From assembly GCA_037379345.1 (NCBI GenBank), contig CM074512.1, positions 9,982,001 through 10,046,000 of the forward strand: DNA of 64,000 bases, given 5' to 3'. The stretch is from Perna viridis (Eukaryota). The notes under the pieces were generated by a model. The model searched no databases, had not been told where the DNA came from, and saw nothing but the letters and a program-made list of their open reading frames with translations. Position 1 is the first letter of the stretch, and every line of letters begins with the position of its first letter. Both the position numbers and the translations under genes were made by a program. This document shows, piece after piece, positions 12,282-24,900 of the stretch.

Positions 12282-12648
12282 ATTTTATAACTTATGCAAC
12301 TGAAATCCTGAATAATTTCTCTTTCTCCACTGTCAAATGTAAATCTTGTATGCTTTAAGGTTAACCAGTATAAAGACTGGGGATGCACAGTTATTTTTAC
12401 ATAGACATTTTTAGGAGTGACCGGTGCCTGTAATATCAACTCCTTGCATAGAAATGAACAGGTACTGATAAGAGGTTAGAGGTCAATTTTTTAAAATTTT
12501 TATAATACAAACCAAATTAACCAGCATATTCAGTTCCCAGTAAAAGTTGTTAATTGGGGTTCGTTTATCCACGTAAATAACATGGAATTTAAATTTGATA
12601 GATTGAATATATAAAGTGGACCAGTGAATTAAATATAGTCTACTTAAC

Positions 12649-12794
12649 AATTGGCTATGATAAAAATGTTGTCTATTGAAAAATAACATAAATTTTCCAT
12701 GTGCATATTGTTTATTGTGCGAAGTGCAATAAACAAAATATGCACATGAAAAATTTGTTATTTTTCAATAGACAACATTTTATCATAGCCAATT
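12649..12794. repeat. ~146-bp near-perfect palindrome (fold-back element)
   Basis: AATTGGCTATGATAAAAATGTTGTCTATTGAAAAATAAC... mirrors ...GTTATTTTTCAATAGACAACATTTTATCATAGCCAATT; centre GC-GAA-GT at ~12719-12725. Confidence 0.85.
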
Positions 12795-14412
12795 CTTATA
12801 AATTAATTTTAAACATATTTTTATTTTTAAACATGAAAAAATTAGCTCTGAATTTAAATGAATAGGGCGTGTCAATATTTTTTTTTTATCCATTGAGATA
12901 TAACAAAATTATTTTAACTAATCAGTTTACAGTATTTACCTCAAATTAATTTATTATAGTTTACTATAGAAATCATTGAGTGGACCCCTGAATTGAACCT
13001 AACTATCTGCATTTGAATGAGAATATTATCCCGCGGTAGTGTAAAATAATTGCAGCTGTAAACAGTCTTTACAAATCGCTCTGGCGACTTTTTATTTTTT
13101 TTATTTTTTGTTGGTTGGGGGATTTTATAATATAATATAATAGAAACCATATAATTACAATGTAACTTTGTATATCAACGGATTCTGGACGCAGGCCCGG
13201 TTCAACAAGAGTCTTTCCGTTTTTCGGGGGGGGGGGAGGGGTGATGGTTAAATAATATAATAACAATAAAGTTGAAAACGATAGCACTTTCCGTATATCC
13301 GTAACATCCTTCATTTCGTGCATTATAAAACTAGAAGAGCGTTGCTTCAAGGGGATAATCGACTGTCTTTGTGGATTTAAACCACTAACACCCCCCCAAA
13401 AAAAAAACCTTTCGTAACACAGTGTTAACCAATTATTTGCATGATATGTGACGCTGACAATCAGCTGACTGTTCCTATGCTATACTTGGTTTAATTTTAG
13501 TTTTTCATGCTAACATATGGGCTAAAAACCACTAATTCCACTTCCCACGCATAGGCTTCCATGCTAATTTCACAATATTCAATGGCTCCTCTGGACTTTA
13601 CCTTAACTTTAACCTGCAGAGGACTATATATCAGCATGGTTCTACGTATGTCAGCTCACAATCCTCAGAATGGCATGTGGGGTTAGCAGACTGGCAATGC
13701 AGTAGTGGTCACCGGAAGTGAAGGGTCTATAAATAGCATGGGAAATCTCAGTGTTTTCACAAGATAGGGGTATATTTAGAAACCATTATGGAGATTTGGC
13801 TTCACATCACAAGAAGCAAAATGCACCTATAAAATGTACAGAAATGTTTTCCTTTCAGAAACTGTTTAAATTTTTTAAATAAGATGAGAACTTTTTTCAC
13901 AGCACTATGAGGAACAGGGGTAATTTCTGCGTAGGACTATTTTTGCCTACGTTCCAAATGCTCATTGGTTGAATTGGTAGTCTGTAACCTATATACTCAA
14001 TTCTGATAGACCCGGTTTGCACTCATATGTATAATACACGACGGACTGAGGTGTTTTTTGACGTCCTTGGCTATCGTTTGGGGTCTCTCAAGGACGGCGT
14101 AAAGCTTCAAAGCTTTTACACAATCATCGGGCATAATCAAACCCGTGATTGTGGGTCATTGTGTAATCGGGGAAATTAGTTGTCATGTGACCACGTTCAT
14201 TCAATAAAATTAATGCATGATCGCGTGATTTAATGTTGTTCGGTGATCTAATAATTCAATTTGTAATATGCACGGTTTATGCAGCATTGTATAGCGTACA
14301 GCAACATTTGCAGAATCTTTGACCCAGCAAAATACTTTTAGAGATAAAATAAACACTTTCCAGTGCATGTTAGACAGATATTGGTGCATGCCAGTTAATT
14401 AGCGAGAATTTC

Positions 14413-14828
14413 CAAGGCCAAAAAAAGTAATGTTATGTTTCCGACCACTATTGTAAAAATTTGTAGGGTCGGTATGTTAGGTAGAGATTTTTATTTTCGT
14501 TTGATATTTTTGAAATGAAATAAGTCAAAAAGATACAATGAAAACCACATATGCAAAGACTAAACATGTAATAGTCTACAGCCTAATCTCTTTTGGGATT
14601 GGGCGCATGAGTAATTTTTTTGTTTTGACAGAGGTGGTAAAAACAAAAAATATCTCAAGTGCCAAATTTCGAATGTTTTTCGTTAAGTATATGACTGTAA
14701 GTGGGATTTTTTTCCATTATGCAGTTGTATTCTCCTTTGCTAGAGAACTATTTAACTTGTCTAATGTAAAAACAAAGACATTATAGATGTAAATTCTTAG
14801 CAAATCATACATTACTAATTGGTCCTAA
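14413..14828. mobile_element. Degenerate non-autonomous TIR element (Kolobok-like)
   Basis: Ends AGGCCAAAAAAAGTAATGTTATG / CATACATTACTAATTGGTCCT are imperfect inverted repeats; a related left end occurs at ~27085. Confidence 0.4.
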
Positions 14829-15337
14829 GGAAGAATAATTGACAGGCTTTTTAGGGAATTGAAAATGGAGCATGTCCAAATCCCGAATTTGCATGTGTGT
14901 GTGTGTGTTATATATTTAATATAATAGTGTCACCGCAAATGGTTCTAACAAGACGTCATCATTGGCGGCGTCCGTTCGTGATTTTTAAATGGTTATGGTT
15001 GATCAACTGTTATGAAATTTTGATATGATTTTACTAACTACTAATTAATTGTTCCTATTTATTTATTTTTTTTTTTAGTTTATGGCCCTTACCATTTTAA
15101 AATTAGGGCCATCCATGTAACTGACAGATACCACACTGTCGGTTTCTGTTAATCTAAAAGAAAAAAGCTGAGAGCCAAGAATTTTATCAAGCTAACCTAT
15201 ATAAAGTGATATGCCCAATCCTTATTAACATGTCATAGCAAGTTAAACATATTTATTGATTTCAGTAGATATTTAGTAACACAAGTTAATATGTATTTAT
15301 AAGCATGTGCATAATTCATTTATTGATTTCAGTAAAT

Positions 15338-15575
15338 GGAGGAGTTTTCTGGATGATGCAAACACGTTCACCCTACCGGTGTACCTGAGTCATGCTTCCA
15401 GTTTTAAGTGGAGTCCGAGTTTCTCATTTACTTTTGTTACTTTGTATATATTATTTTAGTTACTTTATTGTTCATTGTTATGTTTGTCTGTTTTCCATGT
15501 GTGGTCTTCAAGTTGTCCCTGGATTACATTCCATTGATTTCCTCTAGAATCTTGGTTCCATTGGTTACTCTTTCA
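15338..15575 (+). mobile_element. 3' non-coding end of a Penelope-like retroelement
   Basis: Collinear with 24000-24232, which directly follows a PLE RT C-terminus. Confidence 0.65.
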
Positions 15576-15749
15576 AGACAAAAGGTATGTAGATTCAAAT
15601 TTGCTCTTTGGGCAATACCAGTCTGCGTCCGTACTTGCCTCTCGGGCAATATCAGTCTGTGTCCGCACTTGTATATAGTTAAGAAAAATAACTTGTTCGT
15701 CCGTTATTAGGAGTTGTGACAACCACTTTTTCTTTGGTATTTCACACGA

Positions 15750-15830
15750 TTCGATTTCCGACTTCCGGTTATGCAAAAATTGAGATCCTCTCGCTCTGAC
15801 TGTACTCGGAAAAATAACAATAAATAAGAA
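15750..15830 (+). promoter_or_regulatory. Likely ACTR10 core promoter/5' UTR with ETS motif
   Basis: ACTTCCGG at 15761-15768, 70 bp upstream of the ATG, in a CpG-retaining patch. Confidence 0.45.
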
Positions 15831-15907
15831 ATGCCGCTTTTTGAAGCGCTAAGTTATAGCAGTGACAAGAATGTTGTGATCTTGGACATTGGAGCGGTGT
15901 ATACAAA
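15831..15907 (+). CDS. ACTR10: ACTR10 exon 1
   Basis: [26 protein letters not shown]; donor GTATGA. Confidence 0.9.
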
Positions 15908-18900
15908 GTATGATTTCAATTTCTTTCACAGGAATTAATGTGAATTTTCAGGGACTGTGAACGGTGCTCTTCTGCTTTTCATTATAAATGAACTGAAAAC
16001 TCTCTGATACCATGCAACTACTTTGACTGATTGAAAACCATTCACTTGCCGGTGCTGGTAGTCTCTGAAATTATGTCAAACTTGTATAAGTTTTCTTGAT
16101 TGATTTGTCTGTTCATATTCTATACTAGTCCGAATTTCCTCTGGCTCTGATCCTGCAACCCTCCTCTTTTTTATTTGGATATTGATAACCCGACATATCA
16201 ATATCCAAATAAAAAAGAGGAGGGCTGCAGGGTCAGAGGAAATTCAGACTAATTCGATACATGCAGTGATTTGGATTGGAGCCAATAGAAGGGGCCGATT
16301 GCTTTTTATCCCATTTCTGATAGGCCGTGGCTATTTAACCGGACCTGGTTTGATAGCAATTCCATTATTTGTAGGCTATTTGATGGGATCTGGTTGAATA
16401 GCCTGTCAGCGGTTTAATTGCTCTTTTTTGTTCTTGATGGGTTGGCCATTCAACTGGATTTTGATGGACTTAGTAAAATTTTGTGATCAATCATCATTAA
16501 TATGAGGATGGTGAAACATTAAATGATCTAGAAGAAACATATGAATTCTTAAATGCTCCCGAAAAAACATGAATTCAAACACCTAAGTCCTTTCATAATT
16601 TTTTATAGTCCTGAAATTTTTAACTTCAAAATTGGTAAAATGTGTCATGTATATCATATATACGGTTTTATTGCCTGCATGCATTCTCCTATTGTCAAAG
16701 TCTGAAATATGTATGGGTCGAAATGTCCAGATTTGGTAAGGAACTGTAAGTTGTCGTAGTCTGAAATGTCTTTGGGTCGAATTGTCCAGTATTGATAGCA
16801 TCATTATCTTAGAAAAAACTCAGATTCAATTTATATTTAATTACTGAAGATAGTTTATGTTTCCTTCACTAGTGTGGTCCTCAGTCGTATTTACCAAGTA
16901 TACTGTTTTCAAGTTCCTGATTTTACATGCGCAAACCGGATATTGATGCTTTTTCTGCTCATAAGTATGTAGAACCCAGTTGATAATACAGCCATTTTGT
17001 AGAGAGCAAAATACAATGTAATTAGAAAGAAAATCTGTAAACAACTTTATTGCATATTGAATTCTTAATTGATTACACAAAATGAAAAATCAGATAACTG
17101 TACATTTTGTTTGTATCTTATGTATACAATATAATACAATTCTGATTTATCTGAGTTCTGCATGTAAGTGTCCTAGAGAGCAAAACAAGAGAAAGAAAAT
17201 CATAGACTAAGACATGCTGGGTCAAAGGGAAGTCATAATAAGGTTTATTTCAAACATTGTCCACAATTAGCAATGAATGTGAATTTTGATTCCTATGATG
17301 CGGTCCACAAAACATGTGACAACATGATTTGTCTAAAATTCTACTTCCAAATGTTTGTTTGACTCGCTTTGCTTGGCATTTAATTCTATTTATGCCCCTA
17401 ATACTGGATCCGCAAATGCACAATCAACAAAATCCTAAAAGTTCAATAACTTACTCAGAAGATCACAACTTTTACATCAGAACACAGGGATTGAAGTTTA
17501 GAATTTTTTCCACTAGCTAAATTTAGCAAGTACTGAAAATTTACACTCACTAAATTTAAGTTTTTGGGGTTATTTCTGAACTTTACCTATATGAAATATA
17601 AAATTCCACTAGCAAATTTTAGCAAGTGGAAATAATTTCTACTAGCAAAATTGAATTTCAACTTGCATTTAGCAAGTATTTCCCCTTAAATTTGATCACT
17701 GGAACACAGGGACTTGAGGTCATGAGATAGATCCTTTAAATGGGCAAAAATAGTACTAAAGTGCAGTTTAAACCTTTTTTTTCATTAACTGTCCATGGCC
17801 ATACACTAATGATCTATCTCGTGCCTCCAAGTCCCTGTATGTCAGAGAGCAATACTGAGTAACTTCAGAACAGAATGAATTTTTTAGAAGAATTGTACAA
17901 ATACTGGAGTGTGGGTACATTCAGTCAGATGTAATTCTTTTGGAAGTTGTTGAAATTAAAGATGCCAAAAGTGATAATGATTATGTAAGTCTATGTCTGC
18001 ATCAGCATCAAATAATAAAAATGATGATGCAGTTGAAGTTTCCACCTCATCCTGATGTAGCTTAGTGCTCCTTTGCAATGTTTATTAACTAACAATACCC
18101 TAATTGATTTAGAGACACAAATTCCAACAGTTGTGTGGATACATATGATGGTCCTGATTTTAAGACACACGTTTTACCTCAGTAAAGAAAAAGAAGTGGA
18201 CGACCAAATGGGACCACAGAGACTGTTGTTGAATTGCCCAGTAAACGAAGGTGTATGCATGACAGTGGCAACATTGTCAAACTGATCCTTTCAACCTGAG
18301 ATCTTTCAAGGAAATCTAACATATGAAACTTATATGGTTTGTCAGGCAAAATTAGCTGCCATATATAACATTGTACTTATTCCAGTGGACAAAGTTGGAA
18401 CAAATGTTCCTTGATTTCAACATAAAACTGGTAATAAAGTACAATGTACTGCACTGAAGAAGCATGGGGGGCTGTTAATAAAACACACAGTGAAAAAGTT
18501 GCTAAACATCTGTTCTTATGTAATATTCACCAAAAGACGCAGAAAAAAGCACTGTACCATTTGTGTTTAGAATAGGTTCATTTGCCACGCGTCTGGTTAA
18601 AAAAGACACTGAAGTCAAAGTACTTGTACTGGTTTTGCTCTTGTGAGAAGTAAAAATTTCAGAAGCATATTAGCAGCTATATAAGTAAACTAATGTTTCC
18701 AAATGATATCAGCAGTGTATATATTAAAGAATAATGATATCAGCAGTGTGTATGTTAAAGAATAATGATATCAGCAGTGTATATGTTAAAGAATCTTAAA
18801 GTAAAGAAGTTCATTAAAAATGGTCCATTTTAATCCCAATCACTGTACATGTAGTCATTACTATTTTCAATTATACATATACCGGTAGTTATTAGATAAG

Positions 18901-21900
18901 ATAAGAAAACTTTACTTTGATTCAGTGTAAGTTAACAAAAAACACTAGCTCAAAGGAGCTTTTAAACGAAAATTTTAACTTAATTTTTATTTAAAAGTTA
19001 TTTATTTATTATATATATTTATTTGCTAGTATAGAAATGGAATTGAGGACTATTAAACTTATCTTAATTGTTTATTATTTTTAAGACTACATGAACATGC
19101 CTATTAAGATACAATCTCATATTAATATAATTAATTTTATATAAGTACCATTTCTATGTGTTCATGGAATCCTAGATTATGTCCTGGTTTTAAAGATTTA
19201 AAAAAATAAATTAATGGATTTTGAATAAGCTTTTGGGATTCTACGTAAGTTAAACAAAGGCATTTATGGAATGTCACCTCCTTTATCAGAAAGTGTCCAG
19301 AGAATACATATAAAAATACCCAGGAAGTAACTAAAAATGACTGTCCTCATATTTCCATAAACCAAACTAATAAAAATATAGTTAAAGAATATGTTTCAAA
19401 AAATTAAAAATAATTTCATATTTTCTTATACTCTTCCTTATCCATGTTATCAGTTGCCTAAAAATGTGCCTTTTTTACATCACAAGGGATGTGTAAAATC
19501 TGCCATTTGCAGACAGCTGTTATATTTCCAGAATCTGTTCTTATGAATAACATGGAAATTTCAAAGATAACAAAAAAAATTTTATCCTAAGCACTTAAAC
19601 TTAAAAACAATATGATGGGGAGCATCTTAGAGGGGCAAAAATGAATTCTTAGTTTGTCAGAGCTCACAGTGCTCACTTATGTAAGCAGTGCCTATTTGTT
19701 ATCAAAAGACTATAAATTAATGTTAATGAAAATGCAAAGGTGGATTCAGTCAGCCACTAGCCCTTCTGTTTTTCAGATGAAAATGGTTTAAACTTTAAAT
19801 GATAGAAAATTACTTAAGTGTGATGGTAAGAGGAAACTCGCTGAAGTATGATATTGCCTGTGACCTCACGTTCTTCAGTTCTCATGTATTAACCTAGAAA
19901 TGTGTAGCATATGGTATCAAATTGTTTTCATTAAATCTTTAATTCAAGATGTTGTTTTTATAATAATTTGTCTATCAATAATTGTTTGTTTGTTTTGTAA
20001 ATGCAATGCAAAAAAAAGTTTCATAAACACTTGTATGCACTGCCAGTTGTGAGGTAGGTGTAAGCTAGAGAGGCCCTATTGAAGGATAAGCCACTTATCA
20101 TAAGTTAGTGATGTATTAGACCTAGGTCTTAGTGGAATGGGACATCTTGTCGCTGAGACACCCGTTTTTGAAGGCAGAAACAAATTTGAATTGCTACATT
20201 TATCTACATATGAAGGAGTTAACTCAACTCTAAATAATATATAAATCTTCCTTTTGTTAAAAATAAAAACGAAAGAAATTCCAAAGTACATGTGCCAGGG
20301 TGATTAAATGTTTTCAAGTGACAAACTTATGACTTGATATACAAAATCACATTGTAAAATTTCAAATTATATCAATAAATTGTGGACTTGTTTCTTTATA
20401 ACAATTTGATTATTTAACCAGATGTGGCTTGGCAGGGGAAACAGGACCAAGGTGTATTGTACCAACAGAAGTTAGAAGTGACAAGACAGACAAGGTAGAA
20501 TTAACATATGTTATATATTTATGATGTCATCATTCGGTATCTGTCATTTTCTGTAAACATTTTTTACCATAAATGTGCCTTGAATATTAGTTCATCTTTA
20601 TATACACGTAAAAGCAAAAGTAGATATCAAATGATCGTGTTTTCAAAGAATAAAACTTTTTAGAAAAACTTGTACATTGTACATTTTTCCCAACTCGTAA
20701 CAAATTGCAAGATGAAAACATGATCGTTTTGAAGAAGGGGTAATCATAACCTTACTATTTACTTATAGCTCTTTACTCTAATTTTTTTTAAATAAATGAA
20801 AGTTTAACAGTACACATGTATGCATCTAATTCATTCTGAAAAGATCAAAAAAGTTGAATTTAATTAATGAATCTTAAAATTGGCTTGATCTATTATTATG
20901 AATATTTGAGCTGAATGAACAGTGATGTCTAATCTTTACAATAAAAGCTACCTACACACAATAAGTTCATTACAATTGACAGCTATTCAAACTTGATAGT
21001 GTCACAAAGATCACACATGTGTTCAGTTATTATGAAGTAGCACACACACACTGGTATAATTTAGTAGGGCAGATTTCTACCTAGAGAGCTATTTAAATTA
21101 CTCAACAGCCTACATGAACCTAGATTTGTGTTGAAATTTGAACCAGTCATTTTTAACTTGCTGTAATAGAAAGCAAGAATTTTGTATCAGGAAATAATAA
21201 GATGATGTAAAATTTTATTTGTTGATTCATTTATTATGTACATGTATTTTTTTTAATATCAGAAGGTGAAAATTTGGGAGTTTAACAGCACTGAAGAGTT
21301 GTATGAAAATTTGAAGAACTTCTTATTTCACTTGTTCTTTAGGTAAGGTTTTGTTCATATTAATGTGTCTTCTTAAGTTGACAGGTTTTAATAAGGCCAC
21401 ACCAGTTTGATTTCTTATTCTTTAGAATTTTCATTCCAGAAAATGGAGTATGTGAGTGATTTGAATTTGAAAGGAAAAGTTATTTTGCAAATGTAGCCAA
21501 AGCTTGAAAAGATCAGGCATGTGATTATAACTTCAATTTTTCTAAACATAAACCATTGGATCTGAAAATGTTGATCCAAACAAGATTTCTTACAACTGGA
21601 TTAACTTCTTGCACATGGACATTTTCTTGTGGTATGCATTGAATTTTTTCATCTGTTATAGTGTTTTCACTTTAAAAGATTTGAAATGTCCATAAAACCA
21701 ACATTATCAGTTATGAAGTGTGTTTTCTAACTGCCAGCATTCTGTAAATGTTTGAAGTTTTTCTGGTAATAACCAAACAAATGGATTGTTGACAAAAATG
21801 GACATTTTTTAAAAGTGGCTACAGGTCTATCATAGGCCTTTTCTTCACACATCAAACTGTAAATTGAGAAGCTCTTTTACAATGGACTTTAAACTTTACA

Positions 21901-24900
21901 TAATTGTTTGTTATAATGGTCTTACCATCTGTATACTATTTGGGAAAAAAATGATCTTTAGTTTCAGAGTTATGGGACTTTTTCATATTTTTTGGGGCCC
22001 CATGCAGGTCCAGGTGTTGAAAGAATAGGCCTGCAGCAGGGCTAAGCTTGTCGTAAAAGGCGACTAAATAGTGCTCAGAAACCTAGCCGGGGGCTAGGTG
22101 CTCTGCCCACAGAGCAACTGGGATGTGTGCCCCAAGTGGTGGAATGGGGTACCCCTGGCATGTTACATGCTGGGGTTGTCAGGCTATAATACAGAAAACC
22201 TGACTGCAAACCATAGTAGTGCACCGTGTTGGGAAAGATGCCACGTTCCTTGCAGGTTAAAGAACCCTACTGTGGTATTCTCCAGGAGTAGGAACCTTTG
22301 CGCTTCGCCACAGGAGGCTAAATTGCCCGACCTTACCCATCCTTCCCTTTTTCTAGTGGCAATCAAAATTTATCGACCCTATTGTCCTTGTGTCCCATCC
22401 CTTTTTTTTTCATTTCATCATCATTTCATGTCCATTTTATCATCCATTTCATGTTCATGGTCTGAATATAGATGAAATATTGCTGCTCGGACATTAAACC
22501 CCAACCATCAATCAATCATATTTTTTGGGGACATTTTTTTCATACACTATAACTCCATCATGGGCAAGTTTTTTTCAGACATGTAGTACTGATCATACTA
22601 ATAAGTGGTATTGGTTTTCCAAAGTTTGTGATTACCTCAATATTCTTCTTTGTGAGGCCATGTTAGTTATTGCTAAGGCATCTTAGACAATTCAAACACA
22701 AAATAAGATTGAAATTAAGTCGATTTTTAGGATGAATAACAGACAACAACTATTGACAATAACTCACCCTATCTCAGTCAGTACCCTGGATCTTTAAAGA
22801 CATTTTGAGGACAAGCAATAGACAACAACTGATGACAATAACTCACTCCGACTCAGTCATGATTATGTATGAAATATTTAAGAAAGGAAAAGACAGAAGT
22901 GGTAGATTGTGGATTAAGGAACAAAAAAAAACTAGTGCAGTGGAAAAGTATGCATTGAGTTAAAAGAAAGAAAACGAAAAAACAATTGCAGTAGGGTGAA
23001 AACACAGAACAAAGAAACAAGTGTGGAAGAATATAACAGAGCACTTTAATAGTGTGAATTGAGCAAAAGAAAGAAAAAGATAGGGAATTGTAAAAATGTG
23101 GGTAGGCAAAAGAAAGGGAGAAGACAGAATGGTAGAATGTAGATTAAGGAAATGGAAAAGGAAAAAGCAAAGCAGGAAAGAGTGTTGAGGTGAAAGAAAT
23201 AACAGACAAGCACTGTAACAGTGAAATGAAGGAAAGAAAATAAAAGACAGGGGTGATAAAGTGTGGATTTAGGAAAAAAGAAAAGAAAATAATAGTGTGA
23301 ACGATTGTTGAATGAGGAAAAGGGGAAAGAAATAGAGAACTATATCTATATGAGTGGATTGAGAGAAAGAAAAGAAAAGAAGGCAGTAATAAAGTGTAGA
23401 TTGAGAAAAAAGAAAGGCAAAAATTATTTAGATAGAGCAAAGACAAAGAGGAAAAGAGTGTGAACTGAAGAAAAGGGAAGGAGAAAGGGACCTATGATAG
23501 AACATGCATTGAGGAAAGGGATAAAAAGTGAAGACCAGTGAAAGAATGTAGATTGAGAAGAAAGAAAGAGACAGAGTATTGTAAGAGTGTGGCTTGGGGG
23601 GGAAAGAGAAAAAAAAGGAAGAGAGTAAAAGATTGTGGATAGTGGGAAAGGAAATGAGAGGATGGGGCAATACAATTCAGAATTGTCAACTTTCCTTTCA
23701 TCTGTGGCAACATCCCTTCAGCACCTGGAGTGTTCATATCACAACTCATACGTTATGCCAGAGCTTGCCGAAACTACACAGACTTTTTGTATCACCCTAG
23801 AACTCTAACAAATAGGCTTCTGGAACAGGGTTATGTTGCTACAAGATTGAAGTCATTACTACAGAAGTTCTATGGTCGTCATCATGAACTTGTGGATCGT
23901 TATAGTGTATCCATCTGCACCATGAAAACTGATTTATTCAACGGGTCATAGTTTTCCTTTCCTCGTTTGTCTACCCCGGACTTGACCTTTTATGAGCAAC
24001 TCAGCGGGTGTTTCTAGAAAAGCAGAGGATGCTTACCCTACCAGTGCACCTGGTCCATGCTCCCAGTTTTTAGTGGAGTCTGAGTTGCTCATTTGCTTTT
24101 GTTACTTTGTATGTATTATTTTAGTTACTGTATGTTCTTTGTTGTGTATGTCTGTTTTCCATGTCAGGTCTTTGTCCCTGGATTACATTCTTTTGATTAC
24201 CACTATAACCTTGGTTCCCTTGATTACTCTTTTACATAGTTCTTTATGTGAAAATTATTTAAATTCTTTATTAAACATGGGTTCATTATGCAAATCTGTT
24301 TGTCCTGGCCTTTTTCTAGCTGAATGATTTTATATTTGGTTTATGGCATTGACATGGTGTATTGACTGACTATACTTATTTCTCTGATCATACTTAGAGT
24401 GTGTTGTAAAACAAACAAAAAATGTCACATTTTTTAGCTGAGAAAGGAAGAGGAAAAGACACAACATAGCATGGATCTAGAGAAATGAAGGAAACAACAA
24501 AAAGAGCAATGTTTCAATCTAAAAGTCGAATCAAAATCCTTTATAATTGAATAAAAATTTGGGAAAGATTTCACTAGTCAGAATAAATTTAATTAATGTG
24601 GGACCACAGTCACATATTGTTTATATATTAAAAATCTTCTTTTTGTCAGGAATTTGTTAGTTAATGCCAAAGATAGAAGGATAGTGATATGTGAATCCAT
24701 GTTATGTCCATCTCAATTTAGAGAAACATTAGCTAAGGTTCTATTTATTCACTTTGAGGTATGTAAACCTTTAATGTTAGGTAAACAATGAATTTAAATT
24801 TGCCAGGCTTTATAAAATTCTATAAAGTTTGTACACAGGAGTGTTGTACTGATCAGTCTAAAATTTTGTCACACCTTAATTTTTACTTGAAAAAAATATT

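Noticed and set aside
12290-12470. Minus-strand open frame LILQAPVTPKNVYVKITVHP...
   Set aside because: No recognisable homology or convincing splice boundaries; it runs into the MITE.
14040-14160. GC-richer stretch with hairpin GTCCTTG..CAAGGAC, considered as an ncRNA
   Set aside because: No tRNA, snRNA or snoRNA box pattern recognised; an Rfam search would be needed.
22853-23800. Phe/Leu/Ser-rich minus-strand ORFs resembling membrane proteins
   Set aside because: Artefact of the purine-rich low-complexity tract.
23992-24327. ORFs [16 protein letters not shown]... and 15408-15710
   Set aside because: They lie in the repeated 3' non-coding region of the Penelope-like element.
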